Positions 1 to 8,384 of a stretch of 18,399 nucleotides of DNA are shown in pieces; the stretch's first letter is position 1, and each line of letters opens with the position of its first letter. A program made the position numbers and the translations under genes. The notes under the pieces were generated by a model that was given only the letters and a program-made list of their open reading frames with translations, had not been told where the DNA came from and made no database searches. This stretch comes from a virus, in UHGV virus genome UHGV-0207498. One strand, 5' to 3'.

Positions 1-79
1 TGGTATAGGTACAAATACCATTGCTTAGCCATAATGCGTGGCAATGTTGCTATTTTTTAGTCAAAAGCGAACATATGTA
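1..79 (+). repeat. Left inverted terminal repeat (79 bp)
   Basis: Bases 1-79 are the exact reverse complement of 18321-18399; the match breaks at position 80. Confidence 0.99.
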
Positions 80-125
80 GCATAGCCACAAATAAACACT
101 AATATACCAAACATACATTTTGGTA

Positions 126-154
126 TTGCAATGGTAAAATAAATATGTTATAAT
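126..154 (+). promoter_or_regulatory. Sigma-A-type early promoter (left end)
   Basis: TTGCAA(126-131)-17 bp-TATAAT(149-154) with extended -10 TG; SD AGAAAGGAG at 161-169 precedes ATG 179. Confidence 0.85.
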
Positions 155-178
155 GTTAACAGAAAGGAGATAGTATAA

Positions 179-385
179 ATGGAAAATGACATAAATTTAA
201 ATAATACCGAATGTATTGTCACTCATGATAAAATTGGTGTTACAACATATTATAATATATGCAAAGATACTACAACATCAGTAAATTGGGGTGTATTGGA
301 TTATATGTGCTTTATATTTTTAATTGTAATAATATCGGTAGTTATAACTTGTTTAATTACATTTATTAAAGATTTATTTGAATAA
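179..385 (+). CDS. Small hypothetical membrane protein (C-terminal TM helix)
   Basis: Strong SD; hydrophobic stretch MCFIFLIVIISVVITCLITFI. Confidence 0.8.
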   Translation: MENDINLNNTECIVTHDKIGVTTYYNICKDTTTSVNWGVLDYMCFIFLIVIISVVITCLITFIKDLFE

Positions 386-401
386 GAAAGGAATTAATTA
401 A

Positions 402-860
402 ATGATAAAAGAAATAAAAATAAAAGATATAATAAAGGGTTGGCTAGATAGTAAAGAATTACCAAAAAAGTTTAATTATTTTGGTGATGTATATGAACTA
501 AATACAGGATATATTAAAAATAAAAAGGTTGATTTAGATAATTTATATTATAATGAACATTATTGTAGATACTTTAATTTTACAGGATATTCTGATAGAG
601 AAGAAACTGTTATAATTGAAGAAAATATTTTAGATGAAAAAGAAAAAGAATATTTGTCAAATGTTATAAAACCATTTAGAAAACGTATTAAATATATTTC
701 CGTGGATAAATGTATTGATGATTGTGTTATTAGGATAACATTACAACACTATTCTAAAAATTATGATGATAACATACTTTTACCAGATTTTAAAAATGGA
801 AGTATGTATAAAAGAATGGAAATAGATAAACAATACACATTAAAGGAGTTAGGATTATGA
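402..860 (+). CDS. Hypothetical early protein
   Basis: SD GAAAGGA. The C-terminal half (EKEYLSNVIKPFR...MYKRMEIDKQYTLKELGL) resembles, from memory, a hypothetical family seen in Bacillota phages; function unknown. Confidence 0.85.
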   Translation: MIKEIKIKDIIKGWLDSKELPKKFNYFGDVYELNTGYIKNKKVDLDNLYYNEHYCRYFNFTGYSDREETVIIEENILDEKEKEYLSNVIKPFRKRIKYISVDKCIDDCVIRITLQHYSKNYDDNILLPDFKNGSMYKRMEIDKQYTLKELGL

Positions 861-1159
861 AGAAAAATAAAAATAAAGAAGAATTAAAAGGGATGAATTT
901 AGAAGTTATTAAAGTAATAAATCATATGATAGGTAATTATGTTATTAGAATAAGTGATGATAATGGACGTTTTATTGTCGCTTGTAATAATAACAAAATG
1001 GATTTAGATTATTTAATTACTATTTTAACTACTGTTATACAATTAAAAATAATGGATAAAGAATTTAATGAATTAACAGAGGGATTATTAAGAAATTCAA
1101 TAGACCAAATAAATAGGGTATTAAATTTAAGAAAGTTAGGTGCTTTTGATGAAAAATAA
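857..1159 (+). CDS. Hypothetical protein, paralog A of a tandem pair
   Basis: ATGA overlap with the upstream stop; SD AAGGAG/AGGA; similar to 1149-1451. Confidence 0.8.
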   Translation: MKKNKNKEELKGMNLEVIKVINHMIGNYVIRISDDNGRFIVACNNNKMDLDYLITILTTVIQLKIMDKEFNELTEGLLRNSIDQINRVLNLRKLGAFDEK

Positions 1160-1451
1160 ATTAAATGAACATTATAAAAATGAGATAGAACGTATATTAT
1201 ATGCTATTGTAGATACTACTGGAAATTACGAATTAAAAATTATAGTAAATGATAAAGGTTATAAAGTTTTAAAAGATAATGAAGAATTAGATAATTATTT
1301 AACAATTAATACATTAATGGCATTACTTGGAATATTTAGTTTAGATGACTTAGAAAATGAATTATTAACCGAACAATTAGAATTATTTAAGGGTGTAGTA
1401 AGTCAAATATTAAACATAAGAAAAGAGTGTAAAAATGAAGAAAAAGCCTAA
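1149..1451 (+). CDS. Hypothetical protein, paralog B of a tandem pair
   Basis: AGGTG SD at 1138-1142 favours ATG 1149; shares GNY, NEL and (V/I)LN(L/I)RK with 857-1159. Confidence 0.8.
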   Translation: MKNKLNEHYKNEIERILYAIVDTTGNYELKIIVNDKGYKVLKDNEELDNYLTINTLMALLGIFSLDDLENELLTEQLELFKGVVSQILNIRKECKNEEKA

Positions 1452-1731
1452 GACATTACAAATGATAGTATTACCTAGAAGAACAGATAAGAAAAATGTA
1501 TTTGAATTTATTGATGAAATTAAAAGATGTTGTAATTTAGATATTACATATGAAACTAAAGATAAAATATTAAATATAAAAAATGATAAAGTAGAATATA
1601 TTATTTATGTAGAAAATCCCGTTGATGCAATGAATTTTTTAACAGGATTTAGAGGTGGAATAGCTGATTTTTCAGATAGTTTTATGAGTATTGCACCCAT
1701 AGTATGTGATAAAAATGAAAGTAAAAATTGA
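1435..1731 (+). CDS. Hypothetical protein
   Basis: Open frame overlapping both neighbours in a tightly packed operon. Confidence 0.75.
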   Translation: MKKKPKTLQMIVLPRRTDKKNVFEFIDEIKRCCNLDITYETKDKILNIKNDKVEYIIYVENPVDAMNFLTGFRGGIADFSDSFMSIAPIVCDKNESKN

Positions 1732-1981
1732 TAAAGTAGGTAGGATGTATTTTCCTAAAACATTAATAGATATTTTAAAAATTGAACTACCAACAGAATT
1801 AGAAGTATATTATAACTCAAATAACCATAGTATTATAATAAGTCCAGATAGTATGTTTTCTATAAAACATGAGGTAAAGAAAAGACTTAATAAAGATATA
1901 AGTACTGGTGAGAAAAATTTTCTTATTAGTCTACTTGATATTTTAGAGGTGGAAAATGATAAAGATAAAAGCAGTCGGTAA
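1715..1981 (+). CDS. AbrB/MazE/SpoVT-family DNA-binding protein
   Basis: N-terminus KVKIDKVGRMYFPKTLIDILKI...LEVYY...IIISP matches the AbrB swapped-hairpin pattern (KxDxxGRxxxPK). GTG 1706 is an alternative start. Confidence 0.8.
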   Translation: MKVKIDKVGRMYFPKTLIDILKIELPTELEVYYNSNNHSIIISPDSMFSIKHEVKKRLNKDISTGEKNFLISLLDILEVENDKDKSSR

Positions 1982-2156
1982 TATTGAAGAAGAAAGAGTA
2001 GATATTGAACAGGAAGTATTAAATGGTTCCGACGGTGAAATACTTGCAATAATAGCATCTTTAATAGCATATTATGTAGATGAAGAGCATAAAACATATG
2101 AAGAAGTATTGAAAATGATAAAAGAAACATATGATATGAGGTGCGATGATTTATGA
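1956..2156 (+). CDS. Hypothetical acidic protein
   Basis: SD GAGGTGG upstream of ATG 1956. Confidence 0.75.
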   Translation: MIKIKAVGNIEEERVDIEQEVLNGSDGEILAIIASLIAYYVDEEHKTYEEVLKMIKETYDMRCDDL

Positions 2157-2410
2157 TAGTATATATTTGTTTAATTTTAATAAATATTAGTATTTTTATA
2201 ATACTTAAAATAATTAGTAACTTGCGTATATATGTAAATAAACTTATTAGTGATTTACTAAAAACGCGTCAAGAAGTTCATGAAATGAAACAAGAATTTA
2301 GTAAAATAAATAAAATGAAATATGATAAGATAATAAATTCACTTAAAGAGAATAAAAAAGTAACATTTAAAGATGCCATTAAACTTTATAATGAAGAACG
2401 AAAAGATTAA
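2153..2410 (+). CDS. Membrane-anchored coiled-coil protein (N-terminal TM; architecture reminiscent of phi29 p16.7)
   Basis: SD GAGGTG; ATGA overlap; hydrophobic N-terminus followed by a heptad-like, basic C-terminus. Homology not established. Confidence 0.7.
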   Translation: MIVYICLILINISIFIILKIISNLRIYVNKLISDLLKTRQEVHEMKQEFSKINKMKYDKIINSLKENKKVTFKDAIKLYNEERKD

Positions 2411-2432
2411 AATTTTCGTTCTTTATTTCTTT
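2391..2432 (+). terminator. Probable intrinsic terminator of the left early operon
   Basis: AAGAACGAAAA(2394-2404)/TTTTCGTTCTT(2413-2423) 11-bp stem followed by T-rich sequence. Confidence 0.6.
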
Positions 2433-2486
2433 ATAAAACGAAAAAATTAAAATTTTCATTTTATTTTGGTTAACGCAAGTAAGTTA

Positions 2487-2515
2487 TTTACAAATATTTT
2501 TATTTATGTTATAAT
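2487..2515 (+). promoter_or_regulatory. Promoter of the structural (late) operon
   Basis: TTTACA(2487-2492)-17 bp-TATAAT(2510-2515) with extended -10 TG. Confidence 0.8.
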
Positions 2516-2521
2516 TAAATT

Positions 2522-2540
2522 GTGGTAACATGTGTTACCA
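2522..2540. promoter_or_regulatory. Operator-like palindrome GTGGTAACATGTGTTACCA, copy 1
   Basis: 8-bp arms TGGTAACA/TGTTACCA; identical 19-mer at 16958-16976; lies at the predicted transcription start. Confidence 0.6.
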
Positions 2541-2553
2541 ATTGGAGGTTAAT

Positions 2554-2880
2554 ATGAAAGAAGAAGAATTTGATAGTCTTTTGTCCGAAATTGCTAAAGA
2601 TGAAACAACTCTTGAACGAAAAGTTGAGATTGTAGACTTGATTAAAAATGATAGAAAACAATCTAGCGACAAGTATCAAGAACTTGTAACTAATACGGCA
2701 AAATTACAAGATGACTATAAGCAACTTCAAGCAAAAAAGGTGGATGAATTTTTTCACAAAGGAACTAATGTTGAAAATCCAGATAATAATTTAGATAATC
2801 AACAACTAGAACCTAAAAAAGAAGAGCCTTTTAATGCTGAAGATATTGCCAAAAAATTACTAGGAAGGAGTGAAGAATAA
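2554..2880 (+). CDS. Scaffolding protein (phi29 gp7-like)
   Basis: SD GGAGG 2544-2548 fixes ATG 2554; acidic coiled-coil protein directly upstream of the capsid gene. Confidence 0.75.
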   Translation: MKEEEFDSLLSEIAKDETTLERKVEIVDLIKNDRKQSSDKYQELVTNTAKLQDDYKQLQAKKVDEFFHKGTNVENPDNNLDNQQLEPKKEEPFNAEDIAKKLLGRSEE

Positions 2881-4190
2881 TGGCAAATATTGGTGCTACT
2901 GAATTAAATGCTTTAAGAGCGGAAATTATTAACAGTGGCGAAGTACTTGATTTTGAAAATCGTATACCTGTGGCTACTCAAGATAACTTAAAAGACATGG
3001 GTCAAGCATTATTTAGCTATCGACCAGCATTAAATGCTTTTATTAATACGTTATTCAATAAAATCGGTTTAACTTATATTCGTATGGTAACATATTCTAA
3101 CCAACTTGCATCGTTAAAACGTGGTACGTTAGAATTTGGTGATACTATTGAAGAAGTATTTACAGATATTTGTAAGGCTCACGAATATACTAATACTCCA
3201 CCAACAGGTGAAGAATGTGATGTATTTAAGGTAGAAAAACCTAAAACACTATCAGCTTTCCATAAGATTAATAGGAAGAATTATTATCAAACATCTATTA
3301 ATGAAAGAGAATTACAACAAGCGTTTACTTCATATGGAAATTTTTCAAGATATATCTCTGGTATTTTTAATAGTCTAGCAACTAGTGACCAAACAGATGA
3401 ATATATCGTAATGAAACAATTAGTTGGAGACTGCTTAAAAAATGCTTATCGTGTTGTAGTAGGAATACCTACTGACAAAGCTACTTCTGAGACTTTCTCA
3501 GTAGAACTTAGAAAAGCTGGATTAGCACTTCAATACCCATCAAGAAAATATAATCAAGCTGGTGTAATGAATACTACTAGTGTAAATGACCAAATTGTAT
3601 TCTTAAGAGCAGATATTGTACCTGTAATTGACGTAACACAACTAGCAAATAACTTCAATATGAATTTAGGTAAACCATTATCTAATAGAATTATTGTACT
3701 TGATGATTTTGGAGATAATAATGATACTATTCTAGGTGGTGTAGCAGATAGAGATTTTGCAATGGTATATGATGTATTATATGCTACTGAAAGTATTTAT
3801 AACCCTAAACATAGATACTGGAATTACTTCATGCACAGACAACAAGTAATTTCTTCAAGTCCATTTGCAAACGTTATTTGTTTTGCCACTCAAGCAGATA
3901 CTTTTGCTATTAATAGTGTAAAGATTTTACCTGAAGAACAAAATGTATTAAAAGGGTATTCAACAAATGTAAATGTTGAAATTGACTATACAGGTACTGG
4001 AGATTTAACTTACGTACTATCAATGAGTGGGAATAAGTCTGCTAACTCAAAAGTAACTCAAGACGGACAAGTATTTGTAGGTGCAGATGAAACGGCTAAG
4101 ACTTTAACAATTACAGCAACAACTAATGCTAAATTCGGTGACAGTAATCCTGCAGCGGTAACAGGAACTGGTACTATTAATGTTAAATAA
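2880..4190 (+). CDS. Major capsid protein (phi29 gp8-like) with C-terminal Ig-like domain
   Basis: Motifs NAFINTLFNKIG, LKRGTLEFGDTIEE and RYWNYFMH typical of phi29-like capsids; the Thr/Val-rich beta C-terminus resembles an Ig-like domain. Confidence 0.93.
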   Translation: MANIGATELNALRAEIINSGEVLDFENRIPVATQDNLKDMGQALFSYRPALNAFINTLFNKIGLTYIRMVTYSNQLASLKRGTLEFGDTIEEVFTDICKAHEYTNTPPTGEECDVFKVEKPKTLSAFHKINRKNYYQTSINERELQQAFTSYGNFSRYISGIFNSLATSDQTDEYIVMKQLVGDCLKNAYRVVVGIPTDKATSETFSVELRKAGLALQYPSRKYNQAGVMNTTSVNDQIVFLRADIVPVIDVTQLANNFNMNLGKPLSNRIIVLDDFGDNNDTILGGVADRDFAMVYDVLYATESIYNPKHRYWNYFMHRQQVISSSPFANVICFATQADTFAINSVKILPEEQNVLKGYSTNVNVEIDYTGTGDLTYVLSMSGNKSANSKVTQDGQVFVGADETAKTLTITATTNAKFGDSNPAAVTGTGTINVK

Positions 4191-6091
4191 TGGAAATTAA
4201 GCCAACAAATGAGGTACGTTTATATAAAAACGTACCTTTTTATATAGATTATAAGAACGTAGTGCTATTTGATAATACCGCTAAACAAGAAGAATATTTT
4301 AATAGCCTACCTACTCTTGAATTTAATAATGTAACATATACAAGAAGTAGTGGACAGATAAAAGTAAAAGCCCAAAGAGATAGTCTACTTGATTATAATT
4401 ACATGAGTTTTACAAATAAAAACTATACTAATAAAACATTTTATGCTTTTATTACATCTGTTACATATGTAAATCCTAATACAACTTTAGTAAGTTTTGT
4501 AATTGATGAGTGGCAAACATGGTGCTTTGATTTAACATTTAGAGATAGTTTTATTGAAAGAAAGCATTGTAAACGTTGGAATAGTGACGGAACACCTGTT
4601 ATAAATACTCAAGATGAGGGGCTTGATTTTGGAAATCAATATATCGTCAAAGACCATAAAGAATATAACAATAATTTATATTGGGTGTGCTTTGTTAGCA
4701 GTTGTACAAATGTTGAGTTATCATATAATGGTGTAAGTAATATATCTCAACCTGATGATGTACCAACTTCACTTTCTATTTATTATGTTCCAATATATAA
4801 AACGACTTCTAATGTTATTACAAATTGGAATTATAATGGGTTAGATATGTATACAGTTAAACAAAATATGTATTTATTTAGAAATGATAGTGTATTTGTT
4901 AATAAATTAAAAAGCTTATTTATAACTAGTGAGGCACCTTTTAATTATACTTATAGTGTTTCTAATAATGAAATAACTATTACAACTACTCCTAACAGTG
5001 GTGAAAATAATGTTTTTGGTACTGATGCTAATGGAAATAAAGTTAATTTAGGCTTATGTTATATATCAAGAAAAAATCCTAAAAATATTTTAAGAACGTT
5101 TCCTAAATATGGTAATTTAAAAAATAATATTACTGAAAGTAAACTTTTAATGTACCCTTATTCTTTTGTACAACTTATTGACGGTCAAGGTACAAATTTT
5201 GATATTAAACTTGAATATTTAAATGATATAGATATTAATGTTAGAACATTTACTAATAATGGTTTAAATCCCAAACAAGCCCACATAATTGATAATTATA
5301 GTTATCAAGGTATAACTCTAAATTATTGTAGGTGGGAACTTGGTAATGGAATAATAAATTGTTTTCCAAATAATTTAACAATTGTTGATGATTATTCTGC
5401 AGCATATATTCAAGGAAATGCTAATCAAATTAGTAGTAATATAGAAAATGTAATTAATCAAGGACAAGCTAGTAAACAAATGGCTTATAACACTGCTAAA
5501 ACAGACCTTGTTAATAGTGGTATTAGAGCGGGAATAGATGTGGTTGGAACTGGTGTACAAGCTGGAACAACAAGGGGTACTACTGGTAAGGAAATAACAG
5601 GTAGTGTTACAAGTGCAACTTTATATGGTTTAGGAGAAATTGGACAAACATTTTTAACTGGGAAAAATATGTATGATAATACTGAACTTCAAGGTAATGT
5701 AAATAATGAAAATGCTATGCGTAGTGCACTTGCTAAAAAACAAGATGCTAAAAACGTGGCTGATAATGTGGCTTTACAAGGTGGAGATGTATATTTTACT
5801 TTCCAAAACCAATATAATGGTTATTGTCTTGTATATAAACAAATAAGTGATGAATATATAAGAGTTTTAGAAGATTTCTTTAAAAAATTTGGCTATGCTT
5901 ATAACAAAGTAGAAACACCAAATTTACATACTAGAAAATCTTGGGATTACATAAGAACAGTTGACTGTAATATACAAGCTAACATTAATAATGAGAGCTT
6001 AGAAAAAATAAAAACTATGTTCAATAATGGTGTGACTATATGGCATACTACTGATATTGATAATTATAGTTTAAATAATGATGAAATTTAA
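4190..6091 (+). CDS. Tail knob protein (phi29 gp9-like)
   Basis: FYAFITSVTYVNPNTT..F.IDEWQTW, ESKLLMYPYS, WDYIRT and FNNGVTIWH motifs; Gly-rich hydrophobic segment; size and synteny. Confidence 0.92.
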   Translation: MEIKPTNEVRLYKNVPFYIDYKNVVLFDNTAKQEEYFNSLPTLEFNNVTYTRSSGQIKVKAQRDSLLDYNYMSFTNKNYTNKTFYAFITSVTYVNPNTTLVSFVIDEWQTWCFDLTFRDSFIERKHCKRWNSDGTPVINTQDEGLDFGNQYIVKDHKEYNNNLYWVCFVSSCTNVELSYNGVSNISQPDDVPTSLSIYYVPIYKTTSNVITNWNYNGLDMYTVKQNMYLFRNDSVFVNKLKSLFITSEAPFNYTYSVSNNEITITTTPNSGENNVFGTDANGNKVNLGLCYISRKNPKNILRTFPKYGNLKNNITESKLLMYPYSFVQLIDGQGTNFDIKLEYLNDIDINVRTFTNNGLNPKQAHIIDNYSYQGITLNYCRWELGNGIINCFPNNLTIVDDYSAAYIQGNANQISSNIENVINQGQASKQMAYNTAKTDLVNSGIRAGIDVVGTGVQAGTTRGTTGKEITGSVTSATLYGLGEIGQTFLTGKNMYDNTELQGNVNNENAMRSALAKKQDAKNVADNVALQGGDVYFTFQNQYNGYCLVYKQISDEYIRVLEDFFKKFGYAYNKVETPNLHTRKSWDYIRTVDCNIQANINNESLEKIKTMFNNGVTIWHTTDIDNYSLNNDEI

Positions 6092-6102
6092 GGAGTGATA
6101 AT

Positions 6103-6996
6103 ATGAATAACTATCCTTTATTTAATATTGGATATGCCCCCAAAAAGGCAGAATTAAGAAATAATGAAGTTGCTTGGTATAATACTGATAAGTTATTTTC
6201 AAAGGCTATATCAATGTTTAAGTGGATAAATCTTCCCTCAAGCATTGATGAACGATATTTAGAAATTGTACTTGCAACGCAAGGACATGTATGTTTCTTT
6301 AAAGATGAAGAATTAAATGTCTATCTAGCTTTACAATGTACACTAGGTGGTAGATTTAATGTTTATAATCTACCTACTGAGTATAGAATATTTACACCTA
6401 GTGGTTATAATACTAGTAGAGATGCTAGTAATAGTGTAATTATTTATAATAATTATATGCATACGCCAACACTTCCAAAAATTTGGTATAATGCTAATAG
6501 AATATCTGATATTGATAGAACTATTGAAGTAAATATTAATCAATTAAAAAGACCATTTATTTTCTTAGTTCCTGAAAATAAAGTACAAAGTGTAAAAGCT
6601 TTATTTAGAAAAATTAAAGATAATGAAGAAGTAATTATCGGTGCTAGTGAATTAGAACTTGAAAATCTAGGTATTCAAAATACTATTACACCTAATAATA
6701 CCCTTGAACTTTATGCTTTAAAGAAAAAATATTATAATGAGGCTTTAGGTGATTTAGGTATAAGTAATTTTAGCGATGATAAAAAAGAAAGATTACTTGC
6801 TGGTGAAATTACATCTAATGAAGAAGAAGTTGCCTTAACTAGATTAAGTTATCTAAATGCTAGAAAGCAAGCTTGTAAAGAAATTAATGAAATGTTTGGA
6901 CTTAACATTGATGTTAAGTTTAGATATGTGGCTGAGGAAGAAGAATATGTTGAAGATACTAATCGAGATGAAGAGGGGGATGAAGGTAATGAGTAA
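6103..6996 (+). CDS. Head-tail connector / portal (phi29 gp10-like)
   Basis: FKWINLPSSIDERYLE, DKKERL and RKQACKEINEMFGLNIDVKFR motifs; acidic tail; SD AAGGAGTG. Confidence 0.94.
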   Translation: MNNYPLFNIGYAPKKAELRNNEVAWYNTDKLFSKAISMFKWINLPSSIDERYLEIVLATQGHVCFFKDEELNVYLALQCTLGGRFNVYNLPTEYRIFTPSGYNTSRDASNSVIIYNNYMHTPTLPKIWYNANRISDIDRTIEVNINQLKRPFIFLVPENKVQSVKALFRKIKDNEEVIIGASELELENLGIQNTITPNNTLELYALKKKYYNEALGDLGISNFSDDKKERLLAGEITSNEEEVALTRLSYLNARKQACKEINEMFGLNIDVKFRYVAEEEEYVEDTNRDEEGDEGNE

Positions 6997-7711
6997 ATAT
7001 TCAATTAGATTATGTGATGTATGTACAATGCTATATAATGAAAAAGATTATTATTTAAATGTGGCATTTAAGGATATGGCTTTACCAGAACTTAATAATC
7101 CATTTGATACTCCAGATGTAGATACAATTATTAGTAAAGTTAGAACTAAAATATTTAATTTTACGTATCCACTTCCAAATAATAGTGAAGATAAAAAAGT
7201 GGAATTAGAAACTAAAATAATTAAACATTATTTTATGAGAGAAATTGGGTTTGATAGTTGGGGTAGATTTAAACTAGCACTAAATGAACGTCTGAATATG
7301 ATGATGCCTTACTTTAATGATTTATATAAATCTATTGAACTTCAAGGAGATAATCCTTTAAGTAATAATGAAATTACTGAGGTTAAAAAGAGCACTTCTT
7401 CAAGTGAAAATACTGGTAGTGCAACAAGTAATGACACAACTAACACTAAACAAGTATTTGAAGATACTCCAACAAGTGAACTTGGTAATGAAGATTATGC
7501 TACTAATATAACTACTAATAAGTTAGAAAGTAATAATACAAGTGCAAATCAAGGAACATCTAAAGGAACAGATGATATGACACGTACTATTACTGGTTTA
7601 TCTAATTATTCTAAACAAGAAATGATAGCTAGATACAGAGAAAATATTATCAATGTAGATGAGGCTATCGTAAATGAACTATATGATTTATTTCTTTTAA
7701 TCTATGATTAA
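6989..7711 (+). CDS. Lower collar / tail tube protein (phi29 gp11-like)
   Basis: KIFNFTYP, HYFMREIGFDS.G.FK..L, MPYFNDLY and DTP motifs. Start placed at ATG 6989 after GAGGGGG/GAAGG rather than at 6857. Confidence 0.92.
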   Translation: MSKYSIRLCDVCTMLYNEKDYYLNVAFKDMALPELNNPFDTPDVDTIISKVRTKIFNFTYPLPNNSEDKKVELETKIIKHYFMREIGFDSWGRFKLALNERLNMMMPYFNDLYKSIELQGDNPLSNNEITEVKKSTSSSENTGSATSNDTTNTKQVFEDTPTSELGNEDYATNITTNKLESNNTSANQGTSKGTDDMTRTITGLSNYSKQEMIARYRENIINVDEAIVNELYDLFLLIYD

Positions 7712-7745
7712 ATATGATATAATAATAATGAAAGGATGTGTAAGC

Positions 7746-8384
7746 ATGAATTATTTATATCTTTTAGAGAAAAATTTTAATGAAATAAAACCTATGTATT
7801 TATCTAATGATTTAAGTCTAGCTACTGTTGTTGGAAAACTTATTGGGTATATTAATGATTTATATAGTAGAGACGCTATTTTAAATCAAAATTTTGATAG
7901 TTTAAAAGCGACAACTGATGAAAAAATAGCTGAAAATACTGCATCAGTAAATGATTTTGTTACAAGCCAAACTGAAAAATATAATACACTTGAACACGAA
8001 CTTTTAGTTAACTTAAATACTTATAAAGAAAATACTGATAGAGTAATGCTAGAAAAGAGTAATGAAGTAGATAATGCCCTAAACAATATAGATTTAACAG
8101 ATGCTGTAAGTGATTATTTTGCATCACAACTTACAACTGATTATTTTAAAAATTTATATGAACAAACTAAAACATATGTCTATGCTCTAGCATATTATGG
8201 ACCTAATCCAACAATTACTGGTTTATTTTACTGGTATAATACAACTACTGATAAATTATATTATAATGGAACTGAAATAGATATTTATATGGGTAGTATT
8301 TATTTAGCAGAGGGTCACATTTATGTTGCAGTAAAAAGTGGTGATACCTATGTATTAAGAGAGGCGGTGCTTGCAAATGGATAA
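7746..8384 (+). CDS. Putative fibre/appendage-associated structural protein
   Basis: SD AAAGGA before ATG 7746; N-terminal coiled coil, then a beta-rich C-terminus; lies after the lower collar gene. Confidence 0.6.
   Translation: MNYLYLLEKNFNEIKPMYLSNDLSLATVVGKLIGYINDLYSRDAILNQNFDSLKATTDEKIAENTASVNDFVTSQTEKYNTLEHELLVNLNTYKENTDRVMLEKSNEVDNALNNIDLTDAVSDYFASQLTTDYFKNLYEQTKTYVYALAYYGPNPTITGLFYWYNTTTDKLYYNGTEIDIYMGSIYLAEGHIYVAVKSGDTYVLREAVLANG

Noticed and set aside
1810..2130. Minus-strand 106-aa ORF
   Set aside because: Antisense shadow of two well-supported + strand genes.
3900..4190. Ig-like capsid extension as a novelty or frameshift product
   Set aside because: It is in frame with the capsid gene, and phi29 gp8 also has a C-terminal Ig-like domain.
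7695..7723. Internal promoter (TG-A-TATAAT at 7715-7723) before the fibre genes
   Set aside because: Plausible, but the -35 is poor and such matches are frequent at this AT content, so it was not listed as a feature.
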